The position numbers were made by a program, and so were the translations under genes. The notes under the pieces were generated by a model. The model saw only the letters and a list, made by a program, of their open reading frames with translations, was not told the origin of the DNA and made no database searches. A DNA stretch of 64,000 bases. Source: Auanema rhodensis. Its lineage: Eukaryota > Animalia > Nematoda. The DNA is taken from positions 5,518,001 to 5,582,000 of the forward strand of contig OZ059898.1 of the NCBI GenBank assembly GCA_964057225.1, in the 5' to 3' direction. Positions 30,738 through 48,292 of the stretch are shown here, one piece after another (the stretch's first letter is position 1; each line of letters opens with the position of its first letter).

Positions 30738-31946
30738 CTATCGAAATCCAAGTCCCATTCCACGACCCATATGAGTGCTTTCCCTGGCAATAGCATACTG
30801 CTTATCAAGATCAGATAGCATACGTTGTTGTTTATCTCTTTCTTCTCGAACTTTTCTCTGATCAACCTGAAAAAAAGAAAAATCATAATTATTTAATGAA
30901 AGAGAATCACGTACAGTCTCTTCCGTAAGAGAAGAAGTATTTTTAATACCCATTAATTTCAAAAATTTATTAGCCTGTTGTCCACCAACACCAGTAGCAG
31001 CAATAGCGCTCGACCAAAGTCCAGCATTCTTTGGCTGAGTAGAAGGCGATGGCTCTTCATTCTCAAAATACCATAAATATATTATTTATAATAAGTGAAA
31101 AGTACCGCAGTGGCAGATTCTTCAGATTTCTTATTGCTCCAAAGAAGTTTTCTTTGCTCTGCTATCTAAACAAGAAATGTGAAAAAAACCCAGAAAATTT
31201 ATATTACCTGTTTTACATCTCTTTTCTCCCATCCTTTATCTTTTCCGTCCTTATCTTTGTTCCTTAAAAAACTAACTTAAGCTATAAATGTTTCAAACAC
31301 ACCATTCTCGGCGGTCAGGCCGGAAGTTTCCTCTGTCACGTTCACGTCGATCCATACGATCACCGTTATGGCGGCCTCCTCTACGATCATCACGCCTATC
31401 TGTTTCTCTCCAATGGCTTGATCCACTCTAAAGATCCGCGGGACGAATTGCAGGAACAACTGACTACATATTTAACATTACTAAGATTATTGCAAAAGAA
31501 AAATCCAAAGTTTCTACATTAAGGGATCATTTTTCTAAAATTGAAAGAAACAATACCCTGTCATCTTTACGTCTGTCTGAATCCCTATCTCTTCTTTCTT
31601 CGTGACGTCTTCCATCATGTCTTTCTCTAGAACGGCTGCGACTGTGGTCCCTTCGTTCACGCTTGTGTTCTTTATCACGCTTTTCATGTTTATGTTGCTT
31701 TTCACTTTTCTCTATATCTTCTTTGTGAGATTTACTTAAAAGAAGCACAATTAAAACTAATTAATAAAAAAACTCACGAGCTGCCTAAGCTATCATCGTG
31801 TTCCCTATCTTTACGATCATGTTTTTTCTTTTTCTTCTTTTCTACAATTTTCTCAGCATCTGATTCACTAGACGATTCAAACTTTGTCTTTAAAAATATG
31901 TTTTAATTGTTGAACAGGTAACACGCAAGCTTACCACAGTTGGCAT
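30738..31946 (-). CDS. RSRC2: Arginine/serine-rich coiled-coil protein 2-like (SMAP C-terminus)
   Basis: RS/RD-rich N-terminus; RKLLWSNKK; KFLKLMGIK; LDKQYAIARESTHMGRGMGLGF. Confidence 0.85.
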
Positions 31947-32537
31947 CTTGTATTGAATATTATCGAACAAAAAATAGAGCGCTAAATAAAAAAAAATATA
32001 ATACATGTTAAAATACTTCTCTCCACACAGAGACAAAAAACATAATCATATGAAATCACAGAAAAGAGTTTTGCGATGTTGCAACGACGGAGAATAAATC
32101 GAATAATACTACATTTGTACGCAAAATTACGAATATAACTTTTTACGTATAACACTTAACAACCCTTTTAGCATTTTTTAATTTCAACAAATAAAAATAA
32201 TGTGATGAAGTAAGTGTTTGTAATAACACCTGTAAGATGTTTCCAAAATTTAAATGTTTTGAATTCTTGAACAATCTTGAAAAATGGAAAGCTTTATTAA
32301 CATAGAAATTGTCAAATAATTACGGGATTAAAAGTAAAACAGTTGAGAATTCAAATTAAATCATAAAACGATTTGTGTGAGCATGAGGGTTTGATTACTT
32401 ACAAGATCAATTAATATAACATATAGGCGCATTCATACCTATTCAATAATTGAACTGTAAATAGAATCAGTAGTTATGAAATGTACAAAGCATAAATAAA
32501 ATTGAAGCAGCTACTCTTGGAAAAGCATGCCTACTTA

Positions 32538-33449
32538 CTACAAGTCGTCTAATGTGTCCGGGGCAGCATCATTACGTGAAATCCGAAAAACTGCCTTATT
32601 TGAGTGTATTTCAACTTCCACAGTCTGCCTCTTTTCTGACATTTGCAATTCAGAATTATGCTTATTTTCTTTCATCTGCTAATCAGAAAATATGTATTAG
32701 TTGAAAATCAAAATGGAACCTGTGGTGAAACGAGTTGGAATGAGTCATGTTTTTTGGGATCTTCTTCAATAATGGAGGGAAGCTTTCCAGTGTACGATGG
32801 TAGTTCGAATGCAGTAGAAAAGTCTGAAAAAACGATGTGAACATATATTGTTTTACAAACCGATACCACTGGAAGTTGAGTGGGAAAAACGATTTCCTAC
32901 TCCTCCAAATGTTTGTCGTCTTTTGGGTTTTTGTTTTTCATCCCATCTACGAATATCGTTCCAAAATGTTTCAGAAAGAGTACCACCTGAACTCTTCACA
33001 ACTGAAACAAAAGATGCTAGGAGAAAAAAATGGAACTACTAACGTTCAGTATCAGATTGAGATCTTCTGCTTTCCTCTGCTAGTTTTGTGGAACATAATG
33101 GAGGGTCAAAAGAGCTATGATCAAGCAAAGAATGAACCTTCCCGTCCCATCTACAAATATTCAGAAAGGTAATGCAATGAATTAACTCACAAAGCTTTTG
33201 GCGGAGGACACAAACTAATAGCTAAGCCATCATTCTTTAACTGAAGCATTAATTTTGAACGATTTCTGTTGTTGATGAAACTTACTTGTTGAACAGTTTC
33301 TGGCTCTTGTGGGCTTACGCTCCCTTCTTCTCTTCGAGGAATTTCATAAGGGCGTTCGTCAGCGGCATCAAAAGAGCCACAGCACCCTTGAAAACAACTT
33401 TCATTCAAATTTTTATTAAAAAATTATTACCCTTGAAACACCAGAACAT
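32538..33449 (-). CDS. Uncharacterised ~200-aa disordered protein with an N-terminal Cys cluster
   Basis: Seven exons join in frame with GT-AG introns: MFWCFKGCCGSFDAADERPYEIP...LPSIIEEDPKK...APDTLDDL*. No family recognised. Confidence 0.7.
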
Positions 33450-33693
33450 ATCTGCCGATTTTTTCAGAAATAATAATCAACATTGTGCAAATGGCGGGAT
33501 GGTCATCGTAGAAAACTACAAAACAAACAAAGTACATAAAGTAATAGCAGTGCATGTAGTATTGTCTTCATTGTATATACCGTAATTAATATAAATTTTT
33601 TAATAACTTCAACATTCACAACGATATATGGCACAATGCAGTAAATTACAGAAGGTAAAACAACGATGAATAATGCTTCCTTTTTAGACTATT

Positions 33694-38032
<4,339 letters not shown>

Positions 38033-38358
38033 TCTTAATAATAAATAAACTTAACTCTTCGCTTTAGTACTTATAGTAAATCACATAGGAAGTCCTTCTA
38101 ATTATAAAAAACAATAGGAATACAAAGACGTTTATTGAACGAGTATCATAGATGATATGGAGGTTCTAATGTATATATCAATGGGGGATAAGATACATCA
38201 CGGACATTTAAACTAGTAACAAAGATGTAGCAATACTATTGAGTTGTAAACAAAAGCAACATTATTAGAAAAAATTAGTTAAAAACAAAAATTGATAGTT
38301 GAAAAAATCTGTCAAGATATGAACATGTTAATAGTATTAAGTAAAATTCATATACAGG

Positions 38359-41300
38359 TTATCCATGAATAGGTTTTTGCCACATTAGTAAGTTCAATGT
38401 TGTTGTGTTTATAGCATCAATCCACACATTCATGTCCGGTTTAGTATCAGCAGCTAACATTACACTGAAAAAAAAATATATATTCATCTAATTATTTGAT
38501 TTACCGTAGCTTCTCCATTTCAGGACTTCCCCTTTTAGAACTCTGAACTTCTTTTGGCACCCACACATCAATATGGAAAGAATTAGGATAAGGACACGTC
38601 TCACGAATTGTAGAAGCTCCTTCTCCAGCGCATGTTTGAAGATCTAACAGTACTAGCCAAGTCTGAAATGTAATCATATAAGAACGATTCAAACTTTTAG
38701 AATTTACCTTATCAGGGTTACTCTCATCTTCTGGGCATTTCCAAAACTTCATCTCACCCGATTCAAGAACACACCAATATCTGTTCCACGATCCTAGACC
38801 TTCTTTTGTCCTCTGGAACATTGACAAAAATCCTCTGTGTGGCGCATTGCACTGCGATACAGCACGCCTAAAATCAATTTTTTTTACATATTTTCATTTT
38901 GTACTATTTCATACTTGTCCACACGAAGTGAAATCATTCCCTCAAGTGGATAGATAGAATCCTTTAAATTTAAAGAATTTGGCCCAGATCTAATATTGAT
39001 ATCAAACGAAGCCCTTCCAAGTCTATTAAATGCAACATCATGAATAGCACCTGGACCTCCAGATGAAAAATGAATACCACCACGAGATAAAGTCTAAGAA
39101 TATATAAAAAGCTCAAACGCGATCGTCTTAAAGTTAATACCTTATTTCGTCCCTGTGTCCCGCGAAGACGGTACTTTTCCTCATGACTGTATTGCTCACG
39201 ATGTCCACGAAGTGCATAAACATCTAAGGTACAGAGAAAATCAGGATTGAGAGGAGCAATCTCAATAAAATTATTGAACTCCACATAGCAATCCTAAAAA
39301 CATCAAAATTTAAAATGCATTTTTGAAGAGTTATACTTTTTTCTTCAAGCAATCATCGGATGTTGCAATACTTGTTGCATGAACCTGCTCATTGACAGTG
39401 AGAACGACGCAGAAATAATAAATTGGGCCTAAATAGTAAAATATGTTTGTGTTAGAACAATGAGCAAACTTGTAGTGGATGATGTTGAAGAATTAGCACC
39501 AGCAATAAATTCACGATTAACATGAACTCTGATAGAACGAATGGACAATGCTCCTCTAGGACCAACGCAACTGTGAATTAGTTTCATTATTTCAAAAGTA
39601 AGAATGAATACATACATTGATCTTGGTCCACGATGCAATTTTTCTATTTCACTTTGAAGAGCATGTCTGGTCTCACCAGCGAGCAGGAGAGCGCGTTGAG
39701 CAGTTACCTCTTCTCGACTACCCCTGAATTCCTCCTTTTGCCGACAGTGCTCCAAAGCCCGAGAAGCTTGTTGAATTCTAACCATCTGAACCTTGACTTC
39801 CTGCTCCATTCTTCTCTAAAAACAGGTTACTAGTAAGTTCTTTATCTTTGACCTCTTTTACAATTCTTTCATCAGTATTTTCATTTAATTCTTCCGGTAA
39901 AAGTCCTCCAATAATTTTCTGATTAGGAACTACTGGGACATTGTTCAGATCAATTTTTTCACAGTTGTCAGGATCAGGCTGCATACGTCCTCTTTTACGA
40001 TAAAAAGATATAGTATATGGCAAACGAGATCCTAAAAAGGAAGAAATAGAAATAAATTTTTAAAATTAATTATATGCCTTTGTCTGAATCTGTCTCATTT
40101 TGTGGTGCAGATACTTCTTGTTGAACATCTAAGTTCACAGGATAATTATGATCAGCAGGTGTTTGAAGAAAATCGGGGGTACTTTCCTTTAAAAAAAGTT
40201 ATAATTACATTCATTTGACAAATTTCGAACCACAGCAGCTAAAGGAGCCTCTCTAACAGGAGTTGTAGGATAATCGCGAAGAGATCTACTTGGGCTTTTA
40301 ATAAATGATTTCATGGGACTTTTGCTCATAAAATCAAAAGCATCGTCAATGAAACGAGACATATTGGTTCCGCAATCAGCTTCATCAATTGATTCTTCAT
40401 TTTCAATTATGACTTCTTCCTCAATAGCTTCAGGTTCTTCTCTAGGTGGGGAAGGAGGAGCACGCTCAGGGGGTAAATCTGCCATATCATATCGAGGACT
40501 TTTTGCACATGGAGAATCATTATCAATCTAAAACAGTTACTTCTATTTTTTTTCAATAAATTAAAACTCACAGGTGAATAAGTTTTCCTATCGTTCAACG
40601 GGGTGGTGGCCGAATTGCTTGAAACTCCAGAACCATTTTTAAATGCAGACCCGGATTTCACAGCGATAGTAGTATCCCGAATTCGAATAGCAGTTTTAAC
40701 TAAAGAATCTTCCGATTCATCAGGGTGAATTGGCGTTCCCGTTAAAGATGAGAACTAGAGAACGACAACGTTTTAGATATAAAATTATTCAATACCTCCC
40801 AACGATTTTTTAGGGTTTTGAGATTTGAAGCTCGAACATCGGGCTTCGTAGGTTCACATGGATCCCTTCCTACAACAACAGGTGTACCTGTAGCTCCTCT
40901 CCATTGAGTTTTGATTGGACTTATATCTTGCTTAGGAGTAGTTTCTCTGTTAGTTATTGCAGATAATATGTACGACTTCGGAGTTGGTACCTGAAAAAAA
41001 AACTTACTACTAGAATAGAAAAATTAATATTACAGTAACATTCGTTCCTTTTAACTTCATTTCTAACTGCTGAGCTATATTCTTTGCTTTCGCATTTTCG
41101 ATAGCAACACTACGAGCAGGTGATAATGTTGTCGTTGAACATTGTGTTATCTACAGTATTTTTGATAAGAGAAGGGCTTCACAAAATAAACATACCGTTT
41201 GCATTGCAGATGTAGTTGGAGTTGAAGAAGCAAATTTGGCATTATTTTCAAGTTCATCCACAAAATCTCGACGATGTTGTACCGGATGCAACTTCTTTTC

Positions 41301-42522
41301 ACCAACTTCTATCTCATGAGTAATTGCTTTCATTATTCGAATAGACGATTCTTGTATTTTAGGTGAAGAAGTGTTAGTAGGATTCTAAGAATACATATAT
41401 ATATACTATTGATTGATATTTAAGACACAACTTACAAATTGTACTGGAGAAAAATGGCTATTGCTTCCACCTCGAATCTATGAGAACAAAAATGTTATCG
41501 AATTGATATGAGAATATTTACTTACAAATGGTTTTGGGGAGCAAATCTTAATCGAAGAGCACGATTCACTTTTAGTCGGAGTTTTCTTAAATTGTCGGTA
41601 AGCGAAATAGTGAACTGATTTATTACCTTTCTCATGAACATATGTGCCCCGCACTCATCATCTCTTACAGGCTCAGATGGGAAAGGCAATGTAGAGTCCG
41701 ACAAAACACTAGTGATGTTGGACATCTCAGTTTGCTATAAGCGTAATTTATATTTAACCTAAATTTTCAAAAGAATTACACTGTAGGTCATTGACGACTC
41801 ATCAATTAAGTTTGAGGTCGCAGAAATGGGATGAGCAAAACGTATGCGACGGTCATCATTTAGCGATAGGCGCCCCGGAGCTTTAAAATTCACTAATTCA
41901 TTACATATATAATAGAATAACTTACATTTAGCTTTATTCATATCGCTTTGGGAATTTTCACCTAGTACAGGTTTGTTAGGTGACCGCATCTGCGTGAAAC
42001 CAGCGGGGGTGCATAGGACAGAAGATCTCGTCTAGCAAAAAAATGATAGTACAAAGTAACAAACCTAATATTTACCTCTCCAATACTTAAACGAGGGGAT
42101 TTACCCTTCATATATGATTCTTTGGTCTTTTCTTTTTGAGGAGAGCAAATGAAATCATCCAAATCTTCGGCAAGAACAGCAAAAGCAGATTTTTTATTCG
42201 AGTCATTCTAGCAAGAAAAATTATAAAGGTGACTTTGTTCAATAAGCTTACTATGGTACAATCCTCTACAAATGATTCGGGAGGATGCGGAGGAGGCTCT
42301 TTCACTGCAGGTATAATTTAATATCATTTTGTTAACTATTGAAATCAACATGAAAATCAACAAAACCTTACCAGTATCTAAATCGAAATTTTCCTTAGAA
42401 TTTTCGAGGTCGTTCAATTCCATTTTTCTCTGTCTTACACGTTCCATTATTCTCTAAAACAATAAATAGCAATAAAAATGAATAAAAATTACAAATACCT
42501 CCGTGCTTTCTTCTAAGTTCAT
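38359..42522 (-). CDS. ani-1: Anillin (AH domain + PH domain)
   Basis: VRIQQASRALEHC..EEVTAQRALLLA; PH domain GFLSMFQRTKEGLGSWNRYWCVL..MLAADTK..WIDAIN. Assignment to ani-1 rather than ani-2/3 rests on the long N-terminus and is less certain. Confidence 0.85.
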
Positions 42523-42796
42523 GATTATAGAGTCAATGTATAAAAACAAGAAAGCCCAAACAAATAGTTTACAAACAAACGCTGTACAAGAGCGCAGTAA
42601 TTCAAATTATAATTATTCCCGCCCAAACATTTATGCACGGACGCAACACGTCTCGAAGCAAAGCTGTAGCCCCGCCCATAAATAAGAACAAAAAAAGTTA
42701 TCATTCGGAGAATATTTTATTAAAATTAATAATCAAATTGTAGTGTAATAGAATACCAGTAAAGTAAAAAATTAATACAACGTAAAGGTTAATAGA

Positions 42797-43766
42797 TCAA
42801 GAGTGAGATTGTTGAGCAATATTAAAAATAGTCTCCAATAAGCCTATAGTCTTATGGTAGCGGGTCTTCCGTTTCTTCTGATGAGATCTCCAACTGAAAT
42901 TGCGATGTAAGCAGTTTAGATATAGAAGATGATTTTACGATTTTTTTACACTTCTCCAATGCCTTGAATATTCATTTCTTAAAGCATCAATATCCTCAAC
43001 GTTTACGTCCTCATTCAATTTATCCAGAGTATCTTTGTTAGGATATTCTGATTCTACAGCATAAGGGCTTTGGGCTCTTGGTAGTGCATAAACATCTTTA
43101 GTTGCTAGCAGATCCTTTTAAACTATTATATATCTCAGATAAAATAAATAGTTACCATTGAGATAGTGGGATCACATTCAGATATAATTGGATGAGGTTC
43201 TTCATCAGTCTGTTTTCCACGCATCCAAGCTCTCGCTAGTTGATACTGAGTTGACTCTTGATCTTCTCTTAAAGCAAAGGGTTTGCCTCTCAATTCGAAT
43301 ATTATTTCTGTAAAAGTTCTAAGTTTATCCAATTGTGTCAAGTAATTTGAACCTCCAGTTTTTCCTTTGGTCGTCGAGGTTGGAATTTTCCGTGGTCTAC
43401 CAGGACCTCTCCTGTCAAGCTCATCTCTAAAAATAAATTAATTACAGATCAACTAAGCGATTTAACCTTTTTTGATCTGCAGATGTAGCCAAAGAAGGAA
43501 CATCCCCTTTTCTTATAGATGTTAGCAAAGTACCCAATCTATTCCGCGCAAATTTCATATCAGGAGATTCAGGTGGTTCAGTTTCTTCAGTTAACCTTGC
43601 ACTGAAGATTAACATGATTAGGAAGCGAAGGACATAATTAATCCAACCTTAATTTTTTGGTAGGAGATATTGGAGTAATAGTATCATTTACATTAGGCTT
43701 TGTCTCAGGCAAAACAATCTCATCATCACCTCCATCCAACATTTCGTAGCTAGATGCTATATCCAT
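42797..43766 (-). CDS. lin-37: DREAM/MuvB subunit LIN-37
   Basis: PESPDMKFARNRLGTLL; AT-hook-like PGRPRK; IFELRGKPF; LARAWMRG; NEYSRHWRSVKKSW. A 4-codon upstream exon from ATG 43839 is possible. Confidence 0.9.
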
Positions 43767-43925
43767 CTATGTTAAAGAAAGCTTGGAGTAATATTTAATT
43801 AGATAACAAATAATAATAGAATTTTACCACTAATACCATTGAAAGAAAAATTACCATAAAACAATTTATTAACGGAGTTGCATTCACTGTTTATATAAAT
43901 AAATAACAATTAAATTCTAAAACTA

Positions 43926-44954
43926 CTAATCCCTTTTGGGATATTGGCTTCCCCAATTGGCATATGTTAAAATTGTACCCCCAGAAACAACGGCTGAGTA
44001 AATGAACCTAGCGACAACCAAAGACCATGAAGTAACGTTGAATACCGAATACAAAACTCTGCAAATATAAAAATATATATACATCTTACTTTTATTCTCC
44101 TTACTCATATGCAAAACTGTGAAGAACGGCCGCAGACAAGAAAACAGCAATAAGACCACGAGAGCCGTTTCTTGAAGCCATCCAAGTTAGAGCAGCCATG
44201 GACAAAAACAACAACAGATCTGAGGACGAATCAAAAGCAGTCTGAATCCATCTCCAAGAAAAGGCAGAAGCTCTGAAAAATTAAATATAGCGAGAACACG
44301 AAAACAGCCAATAACAATAAAGGTTGTTAACCTTGTTCAGCTTTAATGCTTTACCACGCATCGCAAAGTATTCAAACGCCTTTAGACAACGGCAAATAGA
44401 TCAATCGTGGATTTATTTTTTTTATAGAAAAAATAACTAACCTTGCTCCTACCCAGAATATGATGAGGCGACTGGCAATTGAGTGAGCGAAACCCCATCC
44501 AAGACCTCCAGATAAGAATCGCACCTTAAAGACGAAAGTTTCTTTGAAACTTATTAAACCAGACTTCTCCTTTCCCAGTCAAAAAGTTACTCATTACAAT
44601 ATGTAACCCAATTACATCTACTACATCAGCAACACTTTTCAATAACTCCTAAGTGAATCATAATAAACTATGATCAAAAAACCCTAAAACAAACCGGGAA
44701 AAAAACAAATTCATCATGATCATCACTATCAGGAAAGAAAGTAGCAAGAAGTAAAAGCTTAACCAATTGGGTCAAAAAATATCCCAAAGCAGCTTGCACA
44801 CATTTCCAAACAGAACTATATTCATTTAAACCTTAGAAAAATGTAGGAAAAACTATATAAAAATTAAATACTAATGCATACCTGAATATTTGTAAACAAG
44901 AACATAAGGTGCATATGCGAGACCCAAACAATTCAGGAAATGAAAAAAAGCCAT
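43926..44954 (-). CDS. TMEM147: TMEM147 (BOS complex subunit)
   Basis: [69 protein letters not shown]. Confidence 0.92.
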
Positions 44955-45234
44955 CTTCTATTGGTTCCCAAAAAAAGACCGCCAATAGAGCAAAGCCTAT
45001 GTTAAAAATATGACGTTAGAAACGTTACACATGAAACTATAAAATCTAAGAAAACAGAAATAATTTTAATGACGAAAGGTAAATTTTTCACAGAGAAATA
45101 AAATTGAAAAAAACTTCATTTGTAATTGGAAACAGGAGAATTATTTTAAAGGGTTCTTTATGAGTGAGGCGGAGCGCGTTCCAAAACTATATTGCTATAA
45201 AGAAGATTAGGTCAGTTAATAACAAATCGTAAGC

Positions 45235-47773
45235 TCACTTGTACTTGCTGCCTACCAATTTAACTTCAAATCCTTTAACGCTAGTAGCGACCCCTGTAAT
45301 AAACCTGTTTTCTCTCTTAAGTTTTGGAATTATTCATCTCGATTTTGAAAAAATCAAACCTCGACTAGAGGGGTAATGCTGTCCTCGGTTTTGGACACAT
45401 CAACCTATCGTAGGAAAAAATTATAATAATATAGAAGTGTTTCCTAACAAATACTTTTGATTTTTTTTCTTTATCGGACTTTAGTGACATTATAGCTTTT
45501 GTGAGTGATCGAAAACCAAAACCTCGACCCTGAAATGAACAAATTCATTTCATTTGGAAATAAGACTGAATGACTATTTATAGTTAATACACTATGAATA
45601 TTTGATACTACGGAGTGAAAGTATGTATTTGCACATGTATTACGATTTACATAATCCGAAAGAATAAAAGATGGACTCAGCATATTACCAATGGGAGCCT
45701 TACGAAAGTCACATTTGTTGGACATAATGTCAAAACTATTTCTTAAAAAATTACCTTTTTTGATGACTGAACATCCTCCTTTTCCTGAAATAACATAGAA
45801 GATAAAAATAAAAATATATACCTACATTTTCTTTGTTGCATTCAATTACTGTTTTATTCTGTTTTAGACAGGTGATTTCCCGTTGAGCATGATCATCACA
45901 GGTCGGAGGTGCCTGACACATGATGCTTTTAGAAAGGTTTTTAAATTAAAAGGGAGCATTACTTTATCTACTTTCTTGTTGTTACACGATTTTCTCAAAC
46001 TAGACATTCTTCCTAAAATTGATTATACTAAAAATAACTTTAAAAATAAAAGATACCGAATCCAAAGCCAGCAGGATTGTCATCCTGAATGAAATATATA
46101 TTATGAAAAAAACTAAATATTGCCTCACCTCGGTTTCTTGTTGAAGGTATGCAACACTTGAAGGACGCTGAGATTCTTTTCCCAATGCACTACTAGTAGA
46201 AAATGAAAAGGCTGATGCTAAGGACTCAACTAAAGTTACTATGTTTAGTGTAAAATATGATAAAGTAATGTTACCATCACTGTCGCCCAAAACATCAGCG
46301 GATTCATCTTCATCTGAAGTCGAGCCAAGCATAATGTCAGAAGCGGAAACCACAGTAGAGCATTTTGAACTGTTTGGAATTGTTTTAATCATTAGGTTCT
46401 TTGATAATATAACCTCTTTCCGGAGCTTGATATACTGTATAAAGAAAGAAAAAGCATACCAAATCTAAAAATCAAATTGAAATCTTACTCCGTCAGATAT
46501 ATAGAGCTTGTCTTTGAAAACACCAACGACTAGACTATCCCAAGATTTCGAAAACAATTGCTCAGGATCGACTTGAACAGCATAGTATCGTTCATACACC
46601 TCACTTGTTGCGCTTAGCTGTTAATTAAAAGGTAAAGATGTAAAAAGGTAATGAACAACCAAAATTGACTCTGGATACATTTCAACCAATAGGTGAACCA
46701 TGTTATCATATAGTACACGTAAAGAAGGCTTGTCCCATTTAATATTTTTAGGAACAACTTCAAATACGTGAGTTTTTTCCCACTCTTTAATAACTTTATA
46801 ATTAAGTCATTTAATTATAAACATACGCATTTGTTTTTGAGTTATATCTTTGGAGATTAGCATGTATCCTCCAGGAATCGATAATACATTTATCTGAAAA
46901 ATTACTATTGTAATGTAATATTTAAAAGCTAACCTTTTCAGATAAGTATTTGCTATGAATTGAAAAAAAACTTTTCAGATCAAACAATTCTTTCATTTCA
47001 TTTCGATCAAATTCATTACCATATAATGATTTGTAGTGATCTCGGAACTTTTGCAATGTTACTCTACCATCGAAATAATTAACAATTCTTAAAATACGTT
47101 CTATTCCGGCATTAGGACATGGAGTTTTCAACTAAAACAATTGCAAAATGCATTCATATAAAGAAAAAACCTTACTGCTGTTGAAATAGGTCGAATAGGA
47201 TGTTTAGAAACACTCTTGAAAGGATTTGTACCAACATGTGCTCGACAGGATAACCTAGTGGAGTTGTGAGAAACAATCTGAATTATTGTTATTGAAACTT
47301 TACTAATGGGGACAAAATATACATTGCTCGATGCAGCGAAACTTCTGTAAGCCCTGGACGTTCTTTGAAAACTAGGTACACTCTTTCTGGAACTTTTTTT
47401 CTTTTTTTTCTGAGAAGATATCATCTTTTGCAATTCTTGAGTTTCCTCTGTTCCTCTTCAAATTATGAACATAAATTTTGAAACATGTTGAACAAACTTT
47501 GCTTTGAATAATGTTTGTCCAGATGCATTTATCTGCTGTAAGTCAGAACAATCTAAAAGCAAATATAGCAGAGAACTATATCCGAACTGTTTAAAGTTTA
47601 TTTCTTCATCAAACATGCTTCTTAAAGTAAACGTACGTGAAAGTAAAAATACCTCTATAAACTAACTTGTATTCCTTGGATATTTTCAAAGGTGATAGAG
47701 GCTCTGCAAAAGCCATTATCATGCTTCGCAATTGAATCTTCAACTTTTGTAATCGTGCATCACCATTTTCCAT
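45235..47773 (-). CDS. LOTUS (OST-HTH) domain protein with low-complexity C-terminus
   Basis: N-terminal extended LOTUS pattern LKIQLRSMI..ISKEYK..EEINFKQFGYSSLLYLL..ETQELQKMISSQK; two further LOTUS-like segments; exons join in frame to TGA at 45235. Confidence 0.75.
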
Positions 47774-48292
47774 TATAAACCTGTAGAATAAACACAAATA
47801 TACAAAAAACCCATGCACCCGTGATTTAATTTTTTGAATTGAGTCCTATTAAATAGGAACGCTTCTCCAAAACATTTGCAGTTCAATTAGAGGATTAGAG
47901 CACACTTTCCCAAACTCAGCATTTTGTACTTCGATAAAAAAATCGATAAAATCTGTACTTGTATCAAAATTTTATTACATATGTAGTTTCTAGTTCTATT
48001 GTTTTCCAAATTAAAATTTTTAACGCCGTATCCTAATTTATTCGTAAAGGATCATATAATGATCACAACCACAACAAACAAATTTAAAATCCTATAGTTG
48101 TGAAAGATATACGGTTTCAAAGAGGTAAAAAATTTGAAAACCTATTACCACAAACAAGCAAATAAGCAACAATTAGATCAACAAGCCAAGCTGTGAATCA
48201 CCAGGTAAAGATGACAAGATAATATCAGATACGTAACAACACATGGGTATTTATTCCCAAAAACAGAAATCTTGTTAAATACAGTGGGAAAC

